Shown here one piece after another: positions 41,594 through 51,986 of a stretch of 64,000 nucleotides of DNA. The notes below the pieces were generated by a model that saw nothing but the letters and a program-made list of their open reading frames with translations, ran no database searches and was not told where the DNA came from. Numbering within the stretch: the first letter of the stretch is position 1; each line of letters opens with the position of its first letter. A program made the translations under genes and the position numbers. The DNA comes from Hormoscilla sp. (GTDB taxonomy: Bacteria > Cyanobacteriota > Cyanobacteriia > Cyanobacteriales > Desertifilaceae): positions 1-64,000 of the forward strand of contig JBFRWI010000135.1 in NCBI GenBank assembly GCA_051439505.1, in the 5' to 3' direction.

Positions 41594-43465
41594 ATGAAAC
41601 TTCTGGAGTTATACCTGTCACCTCTTGACAAGACTAGGTTCAAAGTGATTGTGACTCAGTCTCCGGTGGCGGGAGGTGGAGAAACTGAATCCTCGTTGCC
41701 TTTCTCCGATGCGGAGGATAACAGGCGAGGTACTCTTATAAAAAGTTTGGAATTTTCTAGCTTTGAACCTCGTAAGTTCTCGAAGAAGGGAGAACAGGAT
41801 TGGATGGTAAAGGCGGGGTTTTTAGCAAAAGATGGCAAGTATTTCCATCCTAATTATCTGGCTAACATCGGTAAAGCACTCTACCAGGCCCTGTTCCCTA
41901 AAGGTAGTCAAGTAGAGCAGTGCTTGAAAAGTTCGATTCATAAGGCTCAGTCTGAATCGACTCAACTGGTAGTACGGCTGAAATTTATAGAAAATGTGGA
42001 AGGACGGGCTCGACTAATAGATTATCCTTGGGAACTGGTGCATGATTCCCAAAAGTTTCTGTCTCATTACGGAGTGGAATTTTATCGATACATTGACTAC
42101 CTGGGGGCGGTACCAAATTTATCTCCTCTGGAAAAGTTGCATGTTTTGGTGGTATCATCCTCGGCAGGTGACGATCGACTGGGACTAAAACGGCTCCCTG
42201 GAAACAGGCAAAACCCACAAGGGGAACTGCGATCGATTCGGAAAGGGTTGGAAACAGCTAGGAATAAGGGGCATATTTCCCTGGAAGAACTGCCAAACCC
42301 CACCTTCGGGGAATTAAGAAAATATCTCACGGATCATCCCGGGAATAACGCGCCCCACGTGCTGCATTTTGACGGCCATGGTTTGTTTGGCAAGCGCTGT
42401 CAGCACTGTCAGACGATGCACTCGGGAACAATACCTCAACAATGTAGAAAATGTAATGCCGAGTTGCCTTCTCCCCAAGGATATCTGGTGTTTGAGGATG
42501 AAGATGGAAATGCAGATTACATCAGTGCTAAAGAACTGGGAAATCTGCTGCAACAGTCTAGTTTGAGTGACGGTTCCAGTCAAACTGGGGGCGTGGTGCT
42601 AGTGGTATTGAGTGCTTGTCAGTCGGGGATGGCAATAGCGGGAGAGTCAGTGTTTAATGGTGTAGCCCAAAATCTCATTGCCCATCAGGTGCCCGCAGTG
42701 GTGGCGATGCAATATTCGGTGAAAGTTGGTAGCGCCACTAAGTTTGCCGAACAGTTTTATCGTTCCCTGGGGCAGAAAAATTCCCTAGCGGTGGCGGTGA
42801 GTCAGGGACGCGCGGCCATGGGAGTGGAGGGAAATCAGTGGTATCGCCCGGTGCTTTATCTGCGCTGGCAGGATAACGAGGGCGGTCAACTATTTGCCTC
42901 ACGAAAGTGCAAAATCAATATCGTAATTTTTGTAATTCTCTCGTTATTGATTGGTATCTTATTCCCGGAGTTGCCTAGAATTTTCCCTTTTGTATCTAAA
43001 AACATAGAAAAAACAGAAAGCCCGTTGTCAGAACAAAATATCAAGTATAGAAAGTTGGAGAAATTATTGGCATCGAGACAGTTTCAAGAGGCTGATGAGG
43101 AAACCTGGTGCCTTATGTTGCAGGCTGCGGGACAAACATGTCCAGGATTTCCGCCTAAAGACTTAATTGAAACGGTTTCCTGCCCGGACTTGCTCACGAT
43201 CGACAAGTTGTGGGTAAAATATAGCGATGGACGCTTCGGCTTTTCCATCCAGAACCAAATTTATCGACAATTATTGGCAAACCCAAAAATAGAAGATCAA
43301 ATCTGGAAAGACTTTGCAGTTCGAGTGGGCTGGCAAAATGGACAGATCTATTTCAAGAATCTAAAATTGGCTTCATCACCCCGTGGTCACCTCCCGTGGC
43401 GTGCTGGTCAGTATCAGATTCAGTTGCTCTTCGATCGCGTACAAGGATGTAACCCGCGCAAATGA
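41594..43465 (+). CDS. CHAT (caspase-like) protease with Zn-ribbon insert, TM helix and C-terminal GUN4 domain
   Basis: PWEL, catalytic HFDGHG and LSACQS, CQHC...CRKC insert, TM IVIFVILSLLIGILF, GUN4 (LEKLLASRQFQEADEET, IDKLWVKYSDGRFGFSIQ, PRGHLP). Confidence 0.9.
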   Translation: MKLLELYLSPLDKTRFKVIVTQSPVAGGGETESSLPFSDAEDNRRGTLIKSLEFSSFEPRKFSKKGEQDWMVKAGFLAKDGKYFHPNYLANIGKALYQALFPKGSQVEQCLKSSIHKAQSESTQLVVRLKFIENVEGRARLIDYPWELVHDSQKFLSHYGVEFYRYIDYLGAVPNLSPLEKLHVLVVSSSAGDDRLGLKRLPGNRQNPQGELRSIRKGLETARNKGHISLEELPNPTFGELRKYLTDHPGNNAPHVLHFDGHGLFGKRCQHCQTMHSGTIPQQCRKCNAELPSPQGYLVFEDEDGNADYISAKELGNLLQQSSLSDGSSQTGGVVLVVLSACQSGMAIAGESVFNGVAQNLIAHQVPAVVAMQYSVKVGSATKFAEQFYRSLGQKNSLAVAVSQGRAAMGVEGNQWYRPVLYLRWQDNEGGQLFASRKCKINIVIFVILSLLIGILFPELPRIFPFVSKNIEKTESPLSEQNIKYRKLEKLLASRQFQEADEETWCLMLQAAGQTCPGFPPKDLIETVSCPDLLTIDKLWVKYSDGRFGFSIQNQIYRQLLANPKIEDQIWKDFAVRVGWQNGQIYFKNLKLASSPRGHLPWRAGQYQIQLLFDRVQGCNPRK

Positions 43466-43585
43466 GAAGGTCTGAAACAATTGACAGCTGGTTGTAGCCC
43501 GGATATTGGCCCAAAGGAAAAGCCAGCAGCAGACTCGGTCTGTCTTTGTAGTGTTAATAAATTACCCATTACCCACGATCTAATT

Positions 43586-44308
43586 ATGAAATCCTCTAAT
43601 AACCGACACAATTTAGTCAAAACCGGGATAGTTGTTTTAGCCGCGATCGCCCCCGCGATCGTCACCGCTAGCGGAATAACACCCACTACTCCCGCTACAG
43701 CAGTTCCCACCACCACACAAAGTTGTACTCTGCCCCCACCCCCAGTGGGTGCAACTGCTGTTTTGGTGGATGACTTGGAAGATGGTGATAGTTTTAACCA
43801 ATTTCGAGGAACCTGGTTTACCTACGACGATCGCGATGTGGGAGGAGATTCATACATCATCTATAAAAATGGTAATAGCGCTTTTAAGGCTAGTTCTGGA
43901 GGCCCCAACGGGTCCCTTTTTGCTGCCAGGATTCAAGGTGTAGTCACCAACACTTATCCGTATGGCTTTTTAGGCATGGGAACGAATCTCCATAACAGTA
44001 ACTGCGCAGTAGATATCACGCAATATTATAATGGCATTAAATTTTGGGCTAAAGGAGACGGCAAACGTTATCGACTCAAGTTGCGATCGCCCGTCACGGG
44101 AGATGACGGTTTTGGTTATAACTTCGTAGCCGATACCCAATGGAAAGAATATGACGTCAAGTTTGGGCAACTCCAACAAGGAGGTCCGGGCCCAGGAGCC
44201 GATCTAAACGATGCTTTAAGGCAGGTAATTAGCATTAACTGGCAAACCGTCGATCAGCCTCACGGTTCTATCGAGTTAATTGTGGATAATATCCGTTTTA
44301 CTCAATAG
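43586..44308 (+). CDS. Secreted CIA30/CBM11-like carbohydrate-binding domain protein
   Basis: Signal peptide, Thr/Pro linker, LVDDLEDGD, GIKFWAKGDGKRY, WKEYDVKF, LIVDNIRF. Confidence 0.8.
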   Translation: MKSSNNRHNLVKTGIVVLAAIAPAIVTASGITPTTPATAVPTTTQSCTLPPPPVGATAVLVDDLEDGDSFNQFRGTWFTYDDRDVGGDSYIIYKNGNSAFKASSGGPNGSLFAARIQGVVTNTYPYGFLGMGTNLHNSNCAVDITQYYNGIKFWAKGDGKRYRLKLRSPVTGDDGFGYNFVADTQWKEYDVKFGQLQQGGPGPGADLNDALRQVISINWQTVDQPHGSIELIVDNIRFTQ

Positions 44309-44674
44309 TAGTGATGGGAACAGCTGAAACACTTGACAGATATTGGTCGAGTCACCACTGAGGACCCCATCCTTGAGGTTCGCAAAGAGCGATCGGGGCC
44401 ACTGCCAACAAAAGAGATCGCTCTTTTTCCCTGCTGTTAACTTGTTAAATTGATATTGAGCGAATGCGAACATTTGCAGATTATCTCGCAGATGGAGAGT
44501 GAAGAGTAGGGAGGTGCGGTTAAAAAGAGGGTGCGATCGCGACGGGTGGTTTAATTGAAAGCGATTTTAATTGCCCCTGTCAGACTGCCCCAGACAATTC
44601 TGCCGAGTTACGATACAGTTATAATTGTTAACCAGTAGGGACATTCAAAAACATCAACCAAGGAGAAATCAACA

Positions 44675-44998
44675 ATGGAAAAATTCGACCGAATAGCGAT
44701 CGACCCCAAAATTGGCCTGGGGCAACCAACAATAAGGAATATGCGGATAACAGTCAGCTTTGTCATCAAAATGTTAGCCAGCACAAAATCTATCGAAGCA
44801 GTTCTCGAAGCATATCCAGAATTGGAAGCAGAAGATATAGAACAAGCCTTAGAATACGCCGCTTGGGCCGTTTCCGATCGCATTGTTAATATTCCTAAGC
44901 AAACGCCAAAGCTGCTTGAATTGCTTCGCGCGTCAGTCGCGGATGATCATCCAGCAGTTGTTCTTGAGTCTCCCCCGCAGCCAGACTTTCGAGGATAA
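44675..44998 (+). CDS. DUF433 antitoxin whose 3' end reads through into a convergent DUF433 remnant
   Basis: RIAIDPKIGLGQPTIRNMRITV...YPELEAEDIEQALEYAA; the extension after ~44895 is the antisense of the next gene. Confidence 0.75.
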   Translation: MEKFDRIAIDPKIGLGQPTIRNMRITVSFVIKMLASTKSIEAVLEAYPELEAEDIEQALEYAAWAVSDRIVNIPKQTPKLLELLRASVADDHPAVVLESPPQPDFRG

Positions 44999-45086
44999 AT
45001 TCGACAGTAATGCGAGTGCCGGCGATGGTTGGTTTACCCATCATTACTTTAGGATCCGAAACTATAAATTGTCGATACCGATCCAT
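44895..45086 (-). CDS. DUF433 antitoxin, probably 3'-truncated
   Basis: IVSDPKVMMGKPTIAGTRITVEFILESLAAGET...HPRLTREAIQAALAFA*. Confidence 0.75.
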   Translation of the reverse strand: MDRYRQFIVSDPKVMMGKPTIAGTRITVEFILESLAAGETQEQLLDDHPRLTREAIQAALAFA

Positions 45087-45115
45087 GATTTTTACCTTCA
45101 AAAAGTTGTATTAAT

Positions 45116-45385
45116 TTATTGTAGCATAAGCGATCGTAATCGCCGCCACTGCCAATAAGGGCGATCGCTCTTGGCTATAGGGACAACCCCAATTGTACCC
45201 AAAGCTATTGCGAGTTCTTCCATATAGGCATCATCCAAATGACCGATCGCCTTAACAATTCGATACTTGTCAATTACTCTAACCTGTATTTGTAAAATTA
45301 CCACAGGTCGTATTCCTGCTTGTTCCGTACCAATTACGGGATTGAGATCGCACAATACCACATCGCCTCGGTTAACGTTTACCAT
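45116..45385 (-). pseudogene. PemK/MazF toxin with internal in-frame deletion
   Basis: RGDVVLCDLNPVIGTEQAGIRPVVILQI is joined directly to QVRVIDKYRI; the central strands are missing. Confidence 0.8.
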
Positions 45386-45609
45386 TGAATTTCTCCACTA
45401 GCTAAACGTTCCTCATAGTCTTGCAAGTTAGATAAATAATCGGAAAAATCAGATTCTGCTAATTCTATTCCCTCTGTAAAATGCACCCACAACTGCCTGC
45501 GATCGCCATCGGGTTTCGTCAACAAGAAGCTAACAAAATCATTAACTTCCCGAACCAGGTCTTCAGGCAGTTGATTAATCTTAGCAATAGTTTCTTCGCG
45601 GACGTTCAT
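45379..45609 (-). CDS. DUF2281-like antitoxin upstream of the MazF remnant
   Basis: KINQLPEDLVREVNDFVSFL; overlaps the toxin start. Confidence 0.78.
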   Translation of the reverse strand: MNVREETIAKINQLPEDLVREVNDFVSFLLTKPDGDRRQLWVHFTEGIELAESDFSDYLSNLQDYEERLASGEIQW

Positions 45610-45794
45610 CTGTCCTCCTATGTTAGTTTTTAGTTTGACTTTGAGATATTCTAGCATGGCTATTGGCAGTTAGCACTAAGCATAACTTGACATAATCACG
45701 TTTAATTTTGTTCGACAATGCCCCAACTAACAACAAATGCGATCGGCCATCCAAATTTCACCGGTGTATCGGAAATGACAACACTACAAAATAT

Positions 45795-46028
45795 TTAATC
45801 ATCCCACTCCGCCCTTAGTGCTTTTTGAAATTCAAGGGAGTCAACCCGTTTTGGCAGAAAGCCAAACAGGTCAAAAGGCTCATCGGGTTCTTCAGGAACT
45901 TCTGTTAGTGGCGACAAAGGTTGTACCACGACAATAACTTCTACTAAACCCGGTTCCACAGCATCGGGCAGGGGAATTTCCAGTAGGCGATCGCTGCCAA
46001 CTGAAACAACTTTCCGAATAGTTTCCAT
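45795..46028 (-). CDS. Putative antitoxin (cognate PIN toxin apparently lost)
   Basis: LLEIPLPDAVEPGLVEVIVVVQP...EFQKALRAEWD; an overlapping ATG (MIKY) opens only a very short frame. Confidence 0.65.
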   Translation of the reverse strand: METIRKVVSVGSDRLLEIPLPDAVEPGLVEVIVVVQPLSPLTEVPEEPDEPFDLFGFLPKRVDSLEFQKALRAEWDD

Positions 46029-46100
46029 AATTACTCTTTTGACACAAGGCAACAATAATTTATAATCAAACCATTCTACTGTTATATTTTACTGCCGAAT

Positions 46101-47105
46101 ATGGCAAAGCAAGGTTGGACAGAACTCCACGCCCAGCTACATCGGACATTACGCACGCGCCAACTCCTGCCCAAAAACAGCCCCATCCTGGTGGCAGTAT
46201 CGGGGGGACAAGACTCTCTATGCTTAATAAAATTACTGCTAGACTTGCAGTCCAAATGGGGGTGGTCCCTGGCGATCGCCCACTGCGATCATCGCTGGCG
46301 TGGGGACTCCCAAGCCAACGCCCAGCACGTAGAAAAGCTGGCCCAAACTTGGGGGCTCCCATATTACCAACAGACAGCAACCGAAGCCTTAAATAGTGAA
46401 GCAGCAGCCAGGCAGTGGCGCTATCAGGCCCTCAGGGCGATCGCCACAAACTCCGGGCAGAAGTACATCGTCACCGGACACACGGCGAGCGATCGGGCGG
46501 AAACCCTACTATACAATCTCATTCGCGGTAGTGGAGCCGACGGTTTACAAGCCCTAACCTGGAAACGCCCCCTCGATCCCGGTATCCAGCTAGTCCGTCC
46601 CCTGCTAGAAAGCACCCGCAGTCAAACTGGCGCCTTTTGCCACCAGTTCCACATCCCCATCTGGGAAGACTCCACCAACCAAGAGTTAAAATATGCCCGC
46701 AATCGCATTCGCCGAGATTTAATTCCATATTTACAGCAATATATCAACCCCAAAGCCGAAGAGAACTTGGCGAAGACAGCAGAATTACTGCAAGCCGAAG
46801 TAGAGTATCTAGAACAGACAGCCACCCAGATCCGAAAGGAAGCTCAACATCCCAGTCAACCAGGCTTAAATCGTCGGATAGTGAGTGCAGTACCCCTGGC
46901 CCTCCAGCGCCGAGTACTGCGACAATTTTTGACCATGGCCCTATCCGGCAGTCCTAGCTTCGACCAGATAGAGAAAATTCGCAGCCTGATATCAGCCCCC
47001 AACCGGTCCAACACCGATCCTTTTCCCGGGGGGGCGATCGCCCGAGTAGAAGACCCCTGGATCTGGATCATCCCAGGCCATAACCCAAATGCATCTGGGC
47101 CCTAA
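46101..47105 (+). CDS. tilS: tRNA(Ile)-lysidine synthetase
   Basis: VAVSGGQDS, HCDHRWR, EAAARQWRY, TGHTASDRAET, RPLL, EDSTN...RNRIR. Confidence 0.96.
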   Translation: MAKQGWTELHAQLHRTLRTRQLLPKNSPILVAVSGGQDSLCLIKLLLDLQSKWGWSLAIAHCDHRWRGDSQANAQHVEKLAQTWGLPYYQQTATEALNSEAAARQWRYQALRAIATNSGQKYIVTGHTASDRAETLLYNLIRGSGADGLQALTWKRPLDPGIQLVRPLLESTRSQTGAFCHQFHIPIWEDSTNQELKYARNRIRRDLIPYLQQYINPKAEENLAKTAELLQAEVEYLEQTATQIRKEAQHPSQPGLNRRIVSAVPLALQRRVLRQFLTMALSGSPSFDQIEKIRSLISAPNRSNTDPFPGGAIARVEDPWIWIIPGHNPNASGP

Positions 47106-48832
47106 TTAGTGAGACTGGCAATAGTTTGCTGCATTTGGGCGATCGCCTGAAGTTGATAGTCACCCGTTTCCTGCGCTTGGTTGAGGGTCTCAGAAATTGC
47201 CTCCAGTTTTGAGCGCAGGCCATTAACCATATCCTGCATTGGCTGTAGAGTCTCTTGATATAGATTCACCATCGCCCTAACTTCTGTAGCTGAGACCCGC
47301 TGTGCTTGGCAATTAAGCTCCAGTTCTTTGATTTCATTGCCTTTGGCCTCTTGTTCGCTCATCTGAGATTTAATCAAACTTTCTGCTTGACCAATAGCCT
47401 CCCGCATCTGAGCAATTTCCCCTTCCAACTTTTGCAGTTCCTCTGTCTGTGCTTGTCGCTGTGTCTCCAACTGTTCCAGCACCGGTCCCAGATTAATCTG
47501 CGCTCCTTTTCCCGGCTCCATCGGAAATCCCTGCCGGCGTTTCAACACCACTTCATGCTGATTGAGGATCTCTTCTCGTTCTCGGAGATTCCGGCGGGAA
47601 CCTACCAAGGATTCATTCAGGTACTGATAGCTTTCCTCCTCACCCGAGAGTTCCGTCTCCAGAGTCAGGCGATCGTACTCACTCGCTTGCTCTATCTTCT
47701 GTTTCAGTTCATCAATTGCCTGAAGTTGGTATTGCAGTTCTTCTTCCTGGTCTTTAACAAAACCTGATGCTTTATCTAGATCCCGTTGCAAATCTCCTAC
47801 AATTCCTTGCAGCTCTTCTATCGGCATCTTTTCTAGAGCTTCCAAATCCACGCTCACAATCACTTGACCCGCCGACTCCGCTAGCTGGTTAATTTGTTGA
47901 TATAACTCTTCGGTAGTTTTCAGATTTAGCCCCAATGTTTCAGCATATTCTTGCTTCAGACTCAAAGCTTTCTGCTGCGTTTTCAACTCTGAGTTTGCCT
48001 GAGCTAGGGCCTCTTCTGCTTGCTGCCACTGTTGCTTTCTATTTTCCATATCTGCCGTGATTCTGTCAACTTCCGCTTGCAGATCTTCAGCTGCATTGCT
48101 TTGTTGATCCAACTTTTGCCAGTAGCTATCCAGATTGCCCTGCTGAGAGTTCGCCAGTTCAAACACCTGATTTAATTCTGACCGCACCGATTCCGTCGGG
48201 GCGATCGCACCCGATAAGCGATTCAATATCTCCTGAATTTTCCCACTTTGCTCTTCATCCAACACCGACGCCTGCTGCAACTGAGCCTGTCCCTCTTCCA
48301 GACGCTGCTGTGCCCCCCGCAGTTGAGCCCATGCTCCCTCCAGTTCTTGTTGGTTGCGTTCTATCTCTGACTTCAGGCGATCGGCCTCTTCACGCGCCTT
48401 TTCAATTTCGAGACGTTGTTCCTCTATCTTTTCCGACTCTTCCTCCAACGCCTCCAGTTGTTCTTGCCGAGCTTGCATTTCCATTTCCCGGCGATTCAAC
48501 TCCTGCGCTTGATAAGTCAGAGACTGTTTCCACGTCTCTATTTCTTCTTCTTGATTCTTAAACTTTTCCTGCAATTTTGAAAAATTTTGCAGAATTGCCA
48601 CCAAAGGTCGTCCCGCCTTTTGTGGCGGTCGCTGCACCTGTTTGCTCGCCGATAGTTCTATCAGTACCAATTCCCCATCTTCAAAATTCTTTGCCTGTTC
48701 ATCAGCAATCACCTCCTCTTTTTCCGCGTTCCAATTCTGCTCACTACGCTGACTTGCCAGCAGTTTAAATTCTGCTTTCGCACCTACCCCAAAAGTTCCC
48801 ACCTTTTTTTGTACTTCCGCTAGATACAGCAC
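47102..48832 (-). CDS. hmpF: Pilus motility/taxis coiled-coil protein HmpF
   Basis: MLYLAEVQKK start, EEIETWKQSLTYQAQELNRREMEM, long coiled coil; divergent from the hmp cluster. Confidence 0.92.
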   Translation of the reverse strand: MLYLAEVQKKVGTFGVGAKAEFKLLASQRSEQNWNAEKEEVIADEQAKNFEDGELVLIELSASKQVQRPPQKAGRPLVAILQNFSKLQEKFKNQEEEIETWKQSLTYQAQELNRREMEMQARQEQLEALEEESEKIEEQRLEIEKAREEADRLKSEIERNQQELEGAWAQLRGAQQRLEEGQAQLQQASVLDEEQSGKIQEILNRLSGAIAPTESVRSELNQVFELANSQQGNLDSYWQKLDQQSNAAEDLQAEVDRITADMENRKQQWQQAEEALAQANSELKTQQKALSLKQEYAETLGLNLKTTEELYQQINQLAESAGQVIVSVDLEALEKMPIEELQGIVGDLQRDLDKASGFVKDQEEELQYQLQAIDELKQKIEQASEYDRLTLETELSGEEESYQYLNESLVGSRRNLREREEILNQHEVVLKRRQGFPMEPGKGAQINLGPVLEQLETQRQAQTEELQKLEGEIAQMREAIGQAESLIKSQMSEQEAKGNEIKELELNCQAQRVSATEVRAMVNLYQETLQPMQDMVNGLRSKLEAISETLNQAQETGDYQLQAIAQMQQTIASLTN

Positions 48833-49968
48833 GCTGATATTCCTCTTGATAATTTCTTGTACGATTGTCTGGCTTTACATTTCTCTAATAGTTTATTTAC
48901 TTTTCTTCTACCTATTCACTGTTCATACTCTTGCCCAAGTCCTCTTTCTTTTTTTCATTTTTGCTTTTAGACATAATTACCCCCATCCCCGGCGAGCTGT
49001 GGCGAGCGCCGACATGCCGGACTAACCTGACTCGACTCGGAGCTGTCATCGTCGCGTGTTACTTTCAACCCGGTAGCTGGACTTCACCAATCACACCCAA
49101 GATAGAGACGCTCTGACAATCATATCGCAAGTTAACTCTCAACCGGGTATGATAGGCAAATAGCCGAGTAGCCCGAGCCCTCAGAGCCACCGGGTCTATG
49201 TCGAGCGCCTTGACTCGTGGGACCGGCGAGGTTGTAACTACCGGTCGGAATCTGGGGCTACCACCTAAGCCTCCTCCCATGAGGGGGCTTGCGACTAGAC
49301 CGAGAATACTCCTGTTGAGCATAGGTAATTTCGCAGCTGATGAAGATGAGCGCCGGTGATTAACAGAGCAATCAGCCCAGAATACACCGAAATTACTCAT
49401 ACCTAGATCTGGCAAGGGAATTACAATATAACTAAGGAATGACGTCTTGATTAAACGCCAACGGAAGTGACCTGTGAAATCCGACCTATAAGCGGCTAGC
49501 GAGCGCATCGTTCCTAATTTAGCACAGCTTGGATATTTATGCCCGTCCCCGGAGAGGGGGCAAGGGTTAAGCCAATGTCATTGCTTTTAACCTGAAGTAA
49601 GATCTGTCTGGTGCAGCTAGCTAGAAGCTGAAGCTTTTGGACTCAGTCCCAGGGATAGGAACTAGCGGCCAAGTCAGCCGGTGGCATGAGGTAGAATTAT
49701 CAGCAAGGGAAAGCAATTGTGGGTCAAGTTGCAGATCCAACTGGAACCCATACCCATAAATATCTCCCATGCAGTCGCCGGGCCACAGGAGAGCCAATAG
49801 TGCCCAAGCCCAGAGCACGCCCTCAGCTGAGAGCGTGCAGCTAGCAGAAGTACGAGAGGTGACGGCCTGAGCAGTCTCCTCGCCGTTTGATGGTTCTCAC
49901 CGATCCAGTATGTGCGCGATCGCGGCGATCGGAAACAAACAAGAGTAAAAGATAGCATCGGGATCTGC

Positions 49969-51279
49969 ATGCAAGGACAGTTGAGCGAAATCGATATCCG
50001 TAGCATCTTGCAACTGATAGAGTTGGGACAGCGAACAGGAGAGTTGTTTGTAGAGGCTTATGCCTCGGGGCCAGGTAGCGGCGATCACAGTTGTCGTTTG
50101 CCGAGTTCGCAATCATGGTTTGTCTTTTTTCTCAACGGTAAGATTATCTATGCAGCAGCCGATACAGATAGCAATTTGTTGCGTTTGCGGGACTACCTGC
50201 GTTACTACAAAAAAGATGCTGCCAACCAAGAGATCCGCACCTCCAAAAGATCCTCCATCAATGCGCCAGAGTACGGTTACCTGTGGGCAATGCTGGAAAA
50301 TCACGACCTAACGCCAGCTCAAGGGCGGGCCATAATCGGGAAAATGGTGCATGAAACCCTATTTGACCTGCTCTCGCTGCACCAAGGTTCTTTCATCTTT
50401 GAGGTAGGGCCAGCTTTGGCACCACAGCTAACAACCCTGGATAATCGCTCCCTAGTAACAAAAATTATGCAGCAGATGCAGGAGTGGATGCAGTTTCATC
50501 CCCACATACAATCGCCAAACCAATGTCCGGTGATTGCCAATCATGCCCGATTGAGCTCAAGCATGAGCAAAAATAACTACAGAATCCTCCGGACCTGGGC
50601 AGATGGAAAAAGTTCCATGCGGCAAATAGCCCGTTACTTAAATGGAGATGTCTTGACAGTGGCCAAGGTAATTTATCCTTATGTACAAGAGGGATGTGTA
50701 CAGCTGGTAGAGCGGCATGATGGGGAACCGACAGCGGCAAAAAAGGAATGGCCGAGCGATCGCGCACCGTTCGGGAAAAATCGGATTCCCCGCATTGTTT
50801 GTATTGATGATAGCGTTGCTATTTGTAAAGCAGTAGAGTCCATGCTGAAGCAGCATTACGAAGTCGCTGCGATCGGCGATCCCATCAAGGCCCTGAGTAT
50901 GGTGTTCCAACTGAAACCTGACTTGATCCTGTGTGACATTGCGATGCCGGAACTAGATGGCTACGAAATTTGTGCTATGCTCCGGCGCTCAACAGTATTT
51001 CGCCAGACTCCAATAGTGATGCTGACTGGTAAGGATGGATTTATTGACCGAGTCAAGGCCAGGATGGTGGGAGCAACGGACTACCTGACAAAACCCTTTG
51101 GAGAAGGGGAACTATTGACAATATCAGAAATATATCTGGGCAGAGGCCCGTCTGGGGTGCCGGGTTCGTTAGCTTCTAGGCCGCTAGATGATGGATCCAA
51201 CACCGTGCCGGAAAAATCAGAGAGTGCCAACTGGAGATTGGCTCAATTGAGACAGCACCCTAGCAGACATTTTAGCTAA
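49969..51279 (+). CDS. hmpA: PatA-type response regulator (PATAN/DUF4388 + REC)
   Basis: MQGQLSEIDIRSILQLIELGQRTGEL; C-terminal REC (CIDDS, DIAMP, YLTKPF). Confidence 0.88.
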   Translation: MQGQLSEIDIRSILQLIELGQRTGELFVEAYASGPGSGDHSCRLPSSQSWFVFFLNGKIIYAAADTDSNLLRLRDYLRYYKKDAANQEIRTSKRSSINAPEYGYLWAMLENHDLTPAQGRAIIGKMVHETLFDLLSLHQGSFIFEVGPALAPQLTTLDNRSLVTKIMQQMQEWMQFHPHIQSPNQCPVIANHARLSSSMSKNNYRILRTWADGKSSMRQIARYLNGDVLTVAKVIYPYVQEGCVQLVERHDGEPTAAKKEWPSDRAPFGKNRIPRIVCIDDSVAICKAVESMLKQHYEVAAIGDPIKALSMVFQLKPDLILCDIAMPELDGYEICAMLRRSTVFRQTPIVMLTGKDGFIDRVKARMVGATDYLTKPFGEGELLTISEIYLGRGPSGVPGSLASRPLDDGSNTVPEKSESANWRLAQLRQHPSRHFS

Positions 51280-51369
51280 ATTGGAGAGTGTTGCATAGAT
51301 GAGACAAAACATAGGTAAACATAGGTATTTACCCTAGTGGGAGGCAGCGCAGTTAGCAGGTAGGAAGTT

Positions 51370-51735
51370 ATGAGTACTGTTCTAGTGGTTGAAGATAGTG
51401 TGGCCCAACGGGAGATGATCGCAGAACTCTTGAAGGGAAGCGGCTTAACTGTAGAAAAAGCAAGTGATGGGGTAGAGGCATTGGAGAAAATCCAATCGAC
51501 TCGCCTGGATTTAGTGGTATTGGATATTGTCATGCCGCGAATGAATGGCTACGAAGTTTGCCGTCGTCTGAAGGCAGACCCCAAAACCCAAAATGTGCCG
51601 GTGGTAATGTGTTCTTCCAAAGGAGAAGAATTCGATCGCTACTGGGGAATGAAGCAAGGGGCAGATGCCTACATTGCGAAACCGTTTCAGCCGACAGAGC
51701 TAGTGGGAACGGTCAAACAACTGCTACGAGGGTAG
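51370..51735 (+). CDS. hmpB: CheY-like response regulator (PilH/HmpB)
   Basis: VLVVEDS, DIVMPRMNGYEVCR, DRYWGMKQGADAYIAKPF. Confidence 0.9.
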   Translation: MSTVLVVEDSVAQREMIAELLKGSGLTVEKASDGVEALEKIQSTRLDLVVLDIVMPRMNGYEVCRRLKADPKTQNVPVVMCSSKGEEFDRYWGMKQGADAYIAKPFQPTELVGTVKQLLRG

Positions 51736-51986
51736 TCATGGCCGTAGGTGGTTAGTGGTTAGAATAATGATAACCGCGTTCGACCGCTCCAGACCGCTCG
51801 GGAGGTGAAGGCAGCTGTTGGCCTCCAGACTGGCGAACCGATTGAGTCCGACAGTGAGGGATGACAAGTGGGAAGTTAGTTCCATCTATACCGAAGGTGC
51901 GTGCAGTTGTCCAGTAACAACCTACAACTGACTAACAACCTTCCCACTGATAACTAACAAATAACAACTGACAAGCGTAGGGGGAA

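Noticed and set aside
49055..49090. Cas12k tracrRNA/repeat-like snippet (CTTTCAACCCGGTAGCTG)
   Set aside because: The resemblance is short and from memory; no Cas12k, Tns genes or array nearby.
49065..50116. ORFs in the hmpF-hmpA intergenic region (e.g. 49065-49508)
   Set aside because: No recognisable motifs or RBS; composition looks non-coding.
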